From NCBI GenBank assembly GCA_964449745.1, contig CAYVBV010000002.1, positions 1 to 49,970 of the forward strand: DNA of 49,970 bases. The letters are read 5' to 3'. The notes under the pieces are model-generated. The model had not been told where the DNA came from, made no database searches, and saw only the letters and a program-made list of their open reading frames with translations. The first letter of the stretch is position 1. Each line of letters opens with the position of its first letter. The DNA is from an uncultured Polynucleobacter sp. (GTDB taxonomy: Bacteria; Pseudomonadota; Gammaproteobacteria; Burkholderiales; Burkholderiaceae). The position numbers and the translations under genes were made by a program. Positions 38,232 through 47,188 of the stretch are shown piece by piece.

Positions 38232-38756
38232 TTAGTTAATGCCGTATTCTTCGGCTAACTTTATAATATCATCTAATGTTAAATTATCTAACGTGACTCC
38301 TTCGGGGAGAGCATCCTCGAATTGTCTAATCTCAGAATCTGTGAATCCTAGACCTTCGAGGTCTAAGTCTACTGGGACATCAGATACGACACTGGAAACA
38401 TTATCCGACACCATATCTCTAAACTCTGGAGAATTTATCAGGTTTGGGATTATGGTTATAAGCCAGATAAGCAATCCGATTAGAGCAGTGTTAATTAGAA
38501 ACGATACTACGCCTAACCACGCGAAAACTAGAGACTTTTTGTATAAGTCAAGACCAGTCAAAGAACCTTCAGATTGAAGTATTTCTCTCTTAGCTTTTCT
38601 TGATTGAGCAAGTGCGGCAATGCTAGGGACTATACCAAAGAAGGGGACTAGAAATCCTGTTAAGGATAGTCCATAAATCTTTACAGTTTGTGGGGATACC
38701 CCAACTACAATTGGCTTCTCGCTAGCGTTGTTATTTTCTAAATTCTTTTGCTCCAT
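38232..38756 (-). CDS. DUF4190-like membrane protein
   Basis: Two hydrophobic segments around SRKAKREILQSEGSLTG; start placed at ATG 38756, 8 nt after CCGATA. Confidence 0.65.
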   Translation of the reverse strand: MEQKNLENNNASEKPIVVGVSPQTVKIYGLSLTGFLVPFFGIVPSIAALAQSRKAKREILQSEGSLTGLDLYKKSLVFAWLGVVSFLINTALIGLLIWLITIIPNLINSPEFRDMVSDNVSSVVSDVPVDLDLEGLGFTDSEIRQFEDALPEGVTLDNLTLDDIIKLAEEYGIN

Positions 38757-38764
38757 TTCTTGTA

Positions 38765-38797
38765 TATCGGAAAGCCTCAAAATTGCATAAGCCGATA
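38765..38797. promoter_or_regulatory. Back-to-back CCGATA motifs (minus 38765-38770; plus 38792-38797)
   Basis: Each copy points into its divergent gene. Confidence 0.75.
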
Positions 38798-38816
38798 TTT
38801 GAGGAATAGGAGTATA

Positions 38817-39629
38817 ATGAAACTTTTTCTAGTAGGACCCAGTGCCAAAATCTCGCCAGATATTCAATCTGAGATTAAGACAGTCAAGAACGCCTTAGAA
38901 GACAGGCACGCAATAAATACAGGTTTCTTTGACTCTATCGACATAACTTTAAAGAGCTTACTTTCTGAAACTATCAAAGCAGACGGAGTGCTATTGTTAG
39001 AGGGATGGCAGAAAAGCGAAGATGCTACATTTGTGGTAGAGATAGCATCTAAATTAGGTATGCCTATGTTTATAGAAAAAGAAGGGCACTTAAAGCCTCG
39101 CATCGAAGTCATTGGACTATCAGGATACGCTCGAGCAGGGAAAGACACTATTGGCGACTACCTAGTACAGCTAGGATACGAAAGGGCGAGTTTTGCAGCA
39201 CCAATTCGTAAAGCACTATACACCCTTAACCCATACGCCTCCAACTCAACCAGAATTCAAGATGTTATTGACGAATATGGTTGGGAAGGTTCTAAGACCG
39301 TTGACCCTGAGATAAGACTACTTCTACAGCGTCTAGGAAGCGACGTAGGGCGAGCAATGATAGATAATGACATCTGGGTAGACCTAACCCTTAAGGACAT
39401 CCCAGATGGTGCTAAAATCGTTTTTACAGATTGCCGTTTCCCTAACGAAGCCGCAGCAATCAAACGATTTGGTGGTGAATTATGGAGAGTCACAAGAGAT
39501 GGTGCAAAGCCTGCGAATAACCATATTTCAGAAATCGCTTTAGACGACTGGCGATTCGACGCTTACTTCGAAAACAACACTACTATCGAAGAGCTACATT
39601 CTAATGTCAAAAAGCATTTAAACAAATAA
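38817..39629 (+). CDS. Phage-type deoxynucleoside monophosphate kinase with N-terminal DUF4406-like domain
   Basis: VIGLSGYARAGKDT, SFAAPIR, RLLLQRLGSDVGR, TDCRFPNE; N-terminal ADGVLLLEGWQKS..A...A.KLG. Confidence 0.85.
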   Translation: MKLFLVGPSAKISPDIQSEIKTVKNALEDRHAINTGFFDSIDITLKSLLSETIKADGVLLLEGWQKSEDATFVVEIASKLGMPMFIEKEGHLKPRIEVIGLSGYARAGKDTIGDYLVQLGYERASFAAPIRKALYTLNPYASNSTRIQDVIDEYGWEGSKTVDPEIRLLLQRLGSDVGRAMIDNDIWVDLTLKDIPDGAKIVFTDCRFPNEAAAIKRFGGELWRVTRDGAKPANNHISEIALDDWRFDAYFENNTTIEELHSNVKKHLNK

Positions 39630-39660
39630 GGTAAACTTTCTTATAGGAGAAAGCCACTCA

Positions 39661-40062
39661 ATGAACTATAAATTAAGAAGCATTATAAGATTCCCTATCA
39701 CTTTTGTGAAAGAAATTAAGTATGCATTTCAGCGTGCCACGAGAGGTTACAGCGACAAAGACTGGTGGAGCATAGACGCTCATATCGCTAATATTCTTTC
39801 TAAGGCTCTGCCTCAATATGTAAAAGATTCACCTTCTCTAAGTTTTCAATATTACGAGGGCGAGGGCGATGAAGCTTTTGAAAGAGGACTAGCAAAAAGA
39901 AACGCTGACTATCTAAAGTACGCTAACTTTTTTGCGAGGTACTCCGATGGTGGGATTTGGCAAGATGAGAAAACAGCACAACAATTTAATGGGGTAACTC
40001 CTGAGGAATGCGAAGAAGCTATGGCTTGGCTAGCAAAAAACTTCAGCCACCTCTGGCACTAG
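39661..40062 (+). CDS. Hypothetical protein (phage-type QRxxRGYSDxDxW motif)
   Basis: AFQRATRGYSDKDWWSID...KNFSHLW; SD AGGAG. Confidence 0.75.
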   Translation: MNYKLRSIIRFPITFVKEIKYAFQRATRGYSDKDWWSIDAHIANILSKALPQYVKDSPSLSFQYYEGEGDEAFERGLAKRNADYLKYANFFARYSDGGIWQDEKTAQQFNGVTPEECEEAMAWLAKNFSHLWH

Positions 40063-40065
40063 AGG

Positions 40066-40353
40066 TTATTCTTTGTTAGTTCTCCAACCTTCGTTTTCCC
40101 ACCATTCATACTCTTTTTCATAGTCGTCAATATTATCTACCACATCTTCGATAATTTCCCAAAGCTCTTCATCGTAATCCGAGCCGACGACTTCCGCTTT
40201 AACTATTCTCCACTGGTTATCTGTGAGTGATATATTCTTCCAGTCATTAAGTTTTGCCCTACTGTAGTAGTTGCTTGGATTTTCTGAATCCAGCCAATCG
40301 GGCAACGGACCAACTTCATCTATGAACTCTTCTGGATTTAAATCATCTGGCAT
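40066..40353 (-). CDS. Small, highly acidic, Trp-rich protein
   Basis: 95 aa, about 28 D/E and 7 W; SD AAGGAG. Confidence 0.75.
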   Translation of the reverse strand: MPDDLNPEEFIDEVGPLPDWLDSENPSNYYSRAKLNDWKNISLTDNQWRIVKAEVVGSDYDEELWEIIEDVVDNIDDYEKEYEWWENEGWRTNKE

Positions 40354-40406
40354 TACTTGTTCTCCTTGTAGACGCTAAATATATTGAGATCGTTACCTTC
40401 AAGTAT

Positions 40407-40487
40407 TTACTCTTCCTCAGATGGCTCTAGCAGTATTTCCTCTTCAAGACCAAAGTCAATACTGTCTATGTCGGTTAACCTACCCAT
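40407..40487 (-). CDS. Putative 26-aa acidic peptide (not in the ORF track)
   Basis: MGRLTDIDSIDFGLEEEILLEPSEEE*, SD AAGGAG, start overlaps the end of the aminotransferase gene. Confidence 0.35.
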   Translation of the reverse strand: MGRLTDIDSIDFGLEEEILLEPSEEE

Positions 40488-41970
40488 TCCACACTCCTTC
40501 TTTTTCTCTTAGGAGTTTTGCTAAATCTTCAAAAGCCTGTACAACTTTATCCATGTCAGCTTGAGTAGTCGCAAACGAAACAAGCCACTGTTCATCTAGC
40601 CCAGGCGGAGTTATAATACCTCTATTTAAAAACCAAAGCCAATTTAACTCAGCGAGTAAAAAGTTAGTATTTTTAAAATCTCTATAATTCCTATTAGGGG
40701 TAGGCGACCATATAACAGCACCCTTTACTCCAAGTCCTACTGTATGGGCTGGCAACTCATACTTATCAATAATTTCTTGTATTTTTCGGAGTGTCGTTAA
40801 GTTAATCTTTTCTGCTTCCTCTAAAGCAGCTTCCGTAGCTACCTCATCTACTGCAAGCATTGCCGCAACAGAAATAGGATTTCCATTATAAGTCCCGAAG
40901 TGAGGCATTCTTCCATCTACAACGGCATCCATATATTTTTGTTTTCCTCCGAAGAAGGCTATTGGCATGCCGCCTCCAACACTTTTTGCGAAAGTAGCTA
41001 AATCTGGTTTCACTCCTATTCTCTTACCCGCACCAGCGTAGCCAGCAGTTAGCCCAGTTTTTACTTCATCGAAAATTAATGCTACATCATATGCATCGCA
41101 AATCTGGCGAACACTCTGTAAATAGCCCTCATCTGGAAGAATAATAGAGAGGTTTTCGATTACAGGCTCCATCATCACACAAGATATCCTATCAACATTA
41201 TGAGAAAGGGTTTCCCTCAAAGCGTCTAAATTATTGTAGGGAACCACAAATACCTCTCCTGGCACAACATCAAGAGGAATCACTGGTGTTGGGCGAAGAG
41301 CCGAACCAGCCTTAGAAAGCTCTGGCTTTACTGAAACTTGTAGAGGGTCATAACCACCATGGTATCCTCCCTCAATTTTGATTATTCCTGTTTTGCCGTG
41401 TACCGCTCTTGCAACTCGTATAGCATACATTGTTGCTTCCGTACCAGAGTTAACGAATCTTAGCATGTCTAAGTCAAATCTAGCTTTAAACTTCTCTGCC
41501 GCTAGTGTCGCAAGAGACGATGGTGTCACGAATAGAGTACCTGTTTTTCTTAGTGCTCTTTTAACATACTTCACAACCTTTGGATTAAGATGCCCTACAA
41601 GCATCGCACCAAATCCCATAGACAAATCCAACAGTCTTCGCCCATCAATATCCTTTACATACGCGCCTTTAGCAGATTCAATAGAAATTGGATACGGGTC
41701 CCAATGTTGGAAACTTGAAGTTACACCTAGAGGTAGAGTCTTAGAAGCACGCTGATTATGGGTGCCTGATTGGGATGTTGATTTCCTAAATTTTTCCCAC
41801 TCTAAATCTAGTAAATCTTCTGCTATGCCATCAGCTACATCGTAATAAGAAGGGGGCAGCACCCTGTATCCTTGAGATATACACTCAGGGATTACTTCCT
41901 TTTCTTTTTCTGCAAGCAGATATATTGTGTCAGTACTAAAAATCTCTTTTAAAAATGTTTTGAAACTCAT
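40480..41970 (-). CDS. Class III PLP aminotransferase (glutamate-1-semialdehyde aminomutase-like)
   Basis: FVNSGTEATM, LIFDEVKTG, DLATFAKSVGGG, GTYNGNP; start uncertain (41970 or 42015). Confidence 0.9.
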   Translation of the reverse strand: MSFKTFLKEIFSTDTIYLLAEKEKEVIPECISQGYRVLPPSYYDVADGIAEDLLDLEWEKFRKSTSQSGTHNQRASKTLPLGVTSSFQHWDPYPISIESAKGAYVKDIDGRRLLDLSMGFGAMLVGHLNPKVVKYVKRALRKTGTLFVTPSSLATLAAEKFKARFDLDMLRFVNSGTEATMYAIRVARAVHGKTGIIKIEGGYHGGYDPLQVSVKPELSKAGSALRPTPVIPLDVVPGEVFVVPYNNLDALRETLSHNVDRISCVMMEPVIENLSIILPDEGYLQSVRQICDAYDVALIFDEVKTGLTAGYAGAGKRIGVKPDLATFAKSVGGGMPIAFFGGKQKYMDAVVDGRMPHFGTYNGNPISVAAMLAVDEVATEAALEEAEKINLTTLRKIQEIIDKYELPAHTVGLGVKGAVIWSPTPNRNYRDFKNTNFLLAELNWLWFLNRGIITPPGLDEQWLVSFATTQADMDKVVQAFEDLAKLLREKEGVWNG

Positions 41971-42031
41971 TTTGATATCCTTGGTTATCCATATTAATAA
42001 ACCAAACGCACTCAAAGTTTATTTCTATTAA

Positions 42032-42069
42032 TATCGGACTAACGTCTCTAAGTTTCTCTAATTCCGATA
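42032..42069. promoter_or_regulatory. Back-to-back CCGATA motifs (minus 42032-42037; plus 42064-42069)
   Basis: Plus copy reads CCGATAtttaaaatATG (8 nt, no SD). Confidence 0.75.
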
Positions 42070-42077
42070 TTTAAAAT

Positions 42078-43082
42078 ATGAAAAACAAAATCCAGCATGG
42101 GCAATTCTATACACAGGGTAATTGCTTTAACCATGCTACTTTTGTTGAATGGTATAACCAAATTCCGAATAACCAAGATTTAAAAATAATAGAGCCGTTT
42201 GCGGGAGCAAACAATATTATCAGATTAATTGATGAAGTAGGATTATCAATCCCACACTCCCAATGGGCTTCTTATGATATAGAGCCAGAAGCAGTAGCGG
42301 AGAATACTGTCCCTGATGTTAAATTGCAGAAAAGAGACACCCTAAAGGATTATCCCTCAGGATTTGATATCTGTATAACTAATCCGCCTTATCTAGCAAA
42401 AAACTCTGCAAAGAGAAAAGGGATGAATATTGACTTCGGTATGCATGCAGATTTATTTGAAATAAGTTTAGGAGTTATGCTTGCAAACTCAAAGTATGTG
42501 GCGGCAATTATTCCAGAAAGTTTTATCAGCAGAGGCATCTTCACAGAGAGGCTACATGCTGTGATATCTCTCAATTATGAGATGTTTGATGATACGGACT
42601 TCCCAGTTTGCCTTGCTCTGTTCAATGCTGAACCTAGCGAAGATTATGATATCTATATTGGAGACTCTCTTGTCGGGAAAGCTAAAGAAATAGAAAGTAA
42701 AGCGAAAAAGCTTCTTGCGATTTCTGAGAAAAATAATATCAAGATTAAATTTAATGACCCCCAAGGGCAGCTCGGACTAAGAGCAGTAGATGGGACTAAG
42801 AAAGCTAACATCTCCTTCGTTCAAGGAAACACAATAGATTCTAGTAGCATTAAAATATCTTCACGTGCCATCACAAGAATAAGTTTTGAGAAAAAATATT
42901 CGGATGCTGAGCTAAACCTGATTATAGAAAAATCTAATAAGATTCTCGCAAAATATCGAGAGCTAACAAAAGATGTTTTTATGACTTCTTTCAAAGGGTT
43001 AAGAGAGGACTCTTATTATAGAAGAAGATTAGATTTTAAAACTGCCGCAGATATAATTAGAAAAGCAATATCGGAAATCTAA
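42078..43082 (+). CDS. Amino (probably N6-adenine) DNA methyltransferase
   Basis: HGQFYT, IIEPFAG, ITNPPY in gamma-class order. Confidence 0.85.
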   Translation: MKNKIQHGQFYTQGNCFNHATFVEWYNQIPNNQDLKIIEPFAGANNIIRLIDEVGLSIPHSQWASYDIEPEAVAENTVPDVKLQKRDTLKDYPSGFDICITNPPYLAKNSAKRKGMNIDFGMHADLFEISLGVMLANSKYVAAIIPESFISRGIFTERLHAVISLNYEMFDDTDFPVCLALFNAEPSEDYDIYIGDSLVGKAKEIESKAKKLLAISEKNNIKIKFNDPQGQLGLRAVDGTKKANISFVQGNTIDSSSIKISSRAITRISFEKKYSDAELNLIIEKSNKILAKYRELTKDVFMTSFKGLREDSYYRRRLDFKTAADIIRKAISEI

Positions 43083-43933
43083 TATTTAATACGCTTTATG
43101 TCTTCGGAAAAATTAATATAGTTTGTAATTACAATCTTATCGCTTTTAAAGATACCAGTTAAATATTCAATGTAATTTTTATTTCCATAGTTTTTACGCT
43201 TTTTAGTATAGTGCTCACCATCTATGTTAGCAACTAAAAAATAATCTTTATCTTGTTCTTTGCGATAAAATTGTTTCAAGGTTAATACAACATCTTTCAT
43301 CTGGTTAGCCTGAGAACCGCCGTCATCTTTTGTGTGTTTAGCCGTGACGTAGCCTATTTTGCCATCGTGCAATTCTATTTTGAAATCTAAAGACTTTACG
43401 CTCGCTTTTGAAATCTGGTCATAAGTCAAACCATCAGCCATAGAACGGACTTCGCCATTTATGATATATAAAGCATGCTGCCCACTAGTAGGTAGTTTCT
43501 CTATCTTCTTAACCGCTTTATTCTTCAAAAGATAACCTGCTAGTAGCTTTTCCTGGTAATTCTGCCTAGATGGAGATTTACTAACAACATTAAGGTAAGC
43601 GATTTTGTCTGTTAAAACGCTTTGTAAAACTTCTTCATAAGATACCCCGATTCTTAAAGCATTACTTGCGATTTTCTCTTTTTCTGATTCGGTTAAAGCA
43701 CTTTCCTCAATAGGAAATCTTAAAGTGGCGGCTTGTTCCGATGCAAGTCTGCGGCTTTCTATCTCATACATGTCAAGGGCGGGGTAAGGCTTTAATGACA
43801 CAGGGCTAGTTTCCACTACTTTAGGAGGAACTGGTTTCATACTAGTGATAGCAGGAGCGGATAATGCTAGCCCACCTTTGGATCCTTTGCCATTATAAAG
43901 TTTGCCGTCTTTACCTCTAGTAAGTTTCTTCAT
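43079..43933 (-). CDS. Putative PD-(D/E)xK endonuclease with N-terminal GKDGK leader
   Basis: KSLDFKI...VTAKHTKDDGGSQANQ resembles type II REase cores; convergent with the MTase; start placed at ATG 43933 after GGAG. Confidence 0.55.
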   Translation of the reverse strand: MKKLTRGKDGKLYNGKGSKGGLALSAPAITSMKPVPPKVVETSPVSLKPYPALDMYEIESRRLASEQAATLRFPIEESALTESEKEKIASNALRIGVSYEEVLQSVLTDKIAYLNVVSKSPSRQNYQEKLLAGYLLKNKAVKKIEKLPTSGQHALYIINGEVRSMADGLTYDQISKASVKSLDFKIELHDGKIGYVTAKHTKDDGGSQANQMKDVVLTLKQFYRKEQDKDYFLVANIDGEHYTKKRKNYGNKNYIEYLTGIFKSDKIVITNYINFSEDIKRIKY

Positions 43934-43998
43934 AAGAATTCTCCGCTTTCGTTTTATCTTTTCTAACATGCTGCGAACATTCTGGGACTAGATAAAAA

Positions 43999-44322
43999 CT
44001 AGTTTGTATCCTGCTCTCCCATTTTCGGCTGCTTAGTTAGATGATATCCTTTGCAAATGTGGCATTTATATATTCTCGACTCTTCGCGACCCTCGGATTT
44101 TAATTTAGTCAACAAACGTTGAGCGTCTTTTCGTGTAGAAAAACGCACTTTAGTAAGCTTGGGTGAAGAGTTGGTAAAGCCTCCTCGTTTGAGACGAGAC
44201 TTGCTCCTCTCATAAGTGCAATAGGTAAGTGAGTCGGCAGCAACCTTATTTCTCTTAAGCACCCTATTTAATTTCTGATGTCGCTCTTGTTTATGGTCAG
44301 CTCTATTGTTCTTTCGAGACAT
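43999..44322 (-). CDS. Small basic protein with YxCxxCxGxHLT Zn motif (phage-type)
   Basis: SRIYKCHICKGYHLTK. Confidence 0.7.
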   Translation of the reverse strand: MSRKNNRADHKQERHQKLNRVLKRNKVAADSLTYCTYERSKSRLKRGGFTNSSPKLTKVRFSTRKDAQRLLTKLKSEGREESRIYKCHICKGYHLTKQPKMGEQDTN

Positions 44323-44345
44323 CTCATTAACCTTTCCTACTCAAT

Positions 44346-44351
44346 TATCGG
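44346..44351 (-). promoter_or_regulatory. CCGATA motif
   Basis: cCCGATAattgagtAGGAAAGG upstream of 44322. Confidence 0.7.
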
Positions 44352-44414
44352 GCTATAAAACTATTTTATAATATCATGGGTATTGGACATTATATAATAA
44401 TAGGTAATGAGAAA

Positions 44415-46469
44415 CTATGCTACCTCAATCGCTTCTCTAAGTGCTTTATGATAACGCTTTTCACCCGCTCTAACTTCTGATAAAGATGAGCCTGTAAGGT
44501 GTGCTATCTCGACTGTCCCGCGGTCTTCCCACAATCTTAGATACGTTGCTTTTAACCCAAGCAAAATCTCCTCGGCATGTTTCACATAGGCTTTAGGCAC
44601 TCCACCTTTTCGAATAGTTTCGTCTAGGGTTTCCCTGCATATTTTTGCTTCTAGAATTAGTTTATCTTTCTCCCAGAAGGCAGAGTAAAGATACTCTTCA
44701 TCAAGGTCTTCTGGTAAAGAGATACTATACTTTTCTGCTACAGATGCCATAGCACTATATAGCATTTCAACGTCCACCAACTTTAAGAGAGCTTCTTCCA
44801 CATTATATTCATCACCTGTTGGGATATCAATAATTTGCTCTTCGCCCTCAGAATCGCTTCTAATGACATTAGAAAAACTGGACGGAGAGATTATGCTTCT
44901 ACGCTCGTAGAGGTCTGAGACACGCTTACGGAACTGTTCAACTGTCATTCCTAGTTTCTCCGCCGCTAGTGAATCATCATATCCCGCTTCGGGCTCTAAT
45001 GAAACCAGCCTATTATAAGAGATAGCAAAATCAGTCAACGCCCTACCAGTTTGTTTTCTGCTTATATCATGCAACCTGTTCTGAAGTCTAAGTGCTACAT
45101 AAGCTAAAAATGGCGTGCCCTTATCTGCGTCGAAACTTTCAGCAAGTTCTAAAACAATTTCAGTAGCGATACCTGGAATTTCAGTATCGTCTTGCGTAAC
45201 TTGGCTAATATAAGACTTATGCTTAGTATATATTTGAGATATTGCCAACTTAGTTGCGTCCTGTATTATCTCGGTAAAAAATCGCTTATCTAGTTTAGAG
45301 ATGTCTCTACGCATAGTCCCCATTACGCTACGAAAACCATTGTGCACTAAGTTATTGTTTTCCAACCATTCTAGAACAATCTGCTTATCTAGATTACCTG
45401 CTCGGCTATAAATAACTAATTTACCGTCCGGAGAAACTTCAACATGCCATCCTAAAAATGCCTTTTTAATATCTGAGATAAGAAAGGGCGTTATTATATT
45501 TATTTGGAATACATCCTTCGGCTCAAGTTTAGACATCTCCCAAAAATACCACTCTGGTTTACCTAAATAGTAGGAGACTTTACCATAAGACTGATTCCCA
45601 TTCTCTAAGCTGTCCTCAGCATCTAAGTTTATATTTATTAGTCTTTCTTTACTATCTCCCTTATTGGCAGAAGAAGTTTGTTCTTTTCTTCTTTGAACTT
45701 CAATAGTTTTTCTTGCTAGGTCGGATAGCCCAATATAGAATACTTCGTCTTCAGCACCTACGGACAGTAAGATATCATCTTTTGTTAGACTTTCTTGCAG
45801 AAGCTTAAAAAGTTTTAAATCCGTTGGGTTATTCATTCTTTTATTACGATTTGAGTGCATATTAAAATTGCTACTATACGCAATAAATAGAGGCTTCTCT
45901 TCACGGTCCACTTTTGCTTTAAAATAAAGACTCTCTGGATTAATCCAATCTTCTGGTGCATTACCATCTTCAAAAAGTATAGGTTTGATTTTATGAGATG
46001 GGCTAGCATCAGTATAGGCATATAGTCTAGAATGCGACTTATCTTTAAGCTCTTCTAAAATAGAATCAGCAATCAATTTGTATGCTACAAGTTGTGCTTT
46101 AGCTATATCTTCAGTGAAATTACAATAATGGCAACTAGATAAAAAGAAAAGATCTCCATTTATTTCATAGTTTGGCTCTCCGCCGTCTGCTTCAATAATT
46201 GCTCCCAAAACTTCACCGAAAACTTCATATGGGTTCTTCTTCTCGAAAGGGAGACCATTCAACTTACGACCGCGTTGAACAAAGTAATTATAATCAGTCG
46301 CCAATAGATATTCTGCTACTGTTGACATTAAAATAGATGCTGGAATAGGTTGTCTCGTAGAATATTCATAGACAGTATCGAATATTTTTCTTTTTGTAAT
46401 TTTCTTAAAAGCTGCTGTGGTTAAAGATGGTGCCGAATCTGGAGAGTTAGTAGAGAAATTAAAAGTCAT
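44415..46469 (-). CDS. FliA/WhiG (sigma28)-like sigma factor with long N-terminal extension (paralog 2)
   Basis: ELAESFDADKGTPFLAYVALRLQNRLHDISR (region 2), AAEKLGMTVEQF (region 3), LWEDRGTVEIAHLTGSSLSEV (region 4.2). Confidence 0.7.
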   Translation of the reverse strand: MTFNFSTNSPDSAPSLTTAAFKKITKRKIFDTVYEYSTRQPIPASILMSTVAEYLLATDYNYFVQRGRKLNGLPFEKKNPYEVFGEVLGAIIEADGGEPNYEINGDLFFLSSCHYCNFTEDIAKAQLVAYKLIADSILEELKDKSHSRLYAYTDASPSHKIKPILFEDGNAPEDWINPESLYFKAKVDREEKPLFIAYSSNFNMHSNRNKRMNNPTDLKLFKLLQESLTKDDILLSVGAEDEVFYIGLSDLARKTIEVQRRKEQTSSANKGDSKERLININLDAEDSLENGNQSYGKVSYYLGKPEWYFWEMSKLEPKDVFQINIITPFLISDIKKAFLGWHVEVSPDGKLVIYSRAGNLDKQIVLEWLENNNLVHNGFRSVMGTMRRDISKLDKRFFTEIIQDATKLAISQIYTKHKSYISQVTQDDTEIPGIATEIVLELAESFDADKGTPFLAYVALRLQNRLHDISRKQTGRALTDFAISYNRLVSLEPEAGYDDSLAAEKLGMTVEQFRKRVSDLYERRSIISPSSFSNVIRSDSEGEEQIIDIPTGDEYNVEEALLKLVDVEMLYSAMASVAEKYSISLPEDLDEEYLYSAFWEKDKLILEAKICRETLDETIRKGGVPKAYVKHAEEILLGLKATYLRLWEDRGTVEIAHLTGSSLSEVRAGEKRYHKALREAIEVA

Positions 46470-46839
46470 ATAAAATATATTCCTTACAGGATAGTTTGAG
46501 GAAAGAAGATTACTTGAAATAGTTTTTAGGATAGTATAAAACTATCTTTACATATTCCTATCAAGCTTAGGATAATATGTAGAAGGTCAGAAAGCAGAGC
46601 TTAAACAGTCTTTGACCTAGCAATGCTTAGTGCACCTAGTAATAGGAAACCGCGTACTATAAGATATTACGCTTTAGAGGAGGATTTTTAGCAGAAGAGA
46701 TTAACAAGAAATTTAGTTGCATAATAAGAGTCCCCTTTTTTGTGGCAAACCTACTAAAAAATAGTTTTGCTTATATTAAATGTAACAACATTATCGTCAT
46801 TTTTATTCCAAAATAACAAAAATATACTATAAATATTGC

Positions 46840-47157
46840 TTAGACTTCGAAGAATTCATCAGTATCTTCACTGACTTCTTCATCTATAATTTCTGCTTCG
46901 CTAGCAGATAGTAAAGATAACCTTTCAGCACGGAAACTCCTCATAGCCTCCGAACCCTTAGTTCCTCCCCAAACATCAATCCACTCAGCAGTGGGAGTCT
47001 TCACATAATTTAGAAACTTAAACTTACCTGGGATGCCATCTACTTTCAGAAGAGTACCCTCAACTATCTTTTCGCCATTCAAAGTAAATTGATTTTTATA
47101 CTTCCACTTATCATTGGGCTTCGATACTCGATTACCGCCTGCATTAGCTTTCGCCAT
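46840..47157 (-). CDS. Small protein resembling an actinophage SH3-like family
   Basis: GKFKFLNYV....EWIDVWGG....MRSFRAERL; start placed at ATG 47157 after AAGGAG. Confidence 0.7.
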   Translation of the reverse strand: MAKANAGGNRVSKPNDKWKYKNQFTLNGEKIVEGTLLKVDGIPGKFKFLNYVKTPTAEWIDVWGGTKGSEAMRSFRAERLSLLSASEAEIIDEEVSEDTDEFFEV

Positions 47158-47180
47158 TTTGAACTCCTTGTTAAAGTCTT

Positions 47181-47186
47181 TATCGG
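47181..47186 (-). promoter_or_regulatory. CCGATA motif
   Basis: aCCGATAaagactttaacAAGGAG, just after the upstream stop codon. Confidence 0.7.
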
Positions 47187-47188
47187 TA

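Noticed and set aside
40480-41970. Gene symbol hemL
   Set aside because: Class III aminotransferase motifs are clear, but specificity cannot be assigned and no tetrapyrrole context exists.
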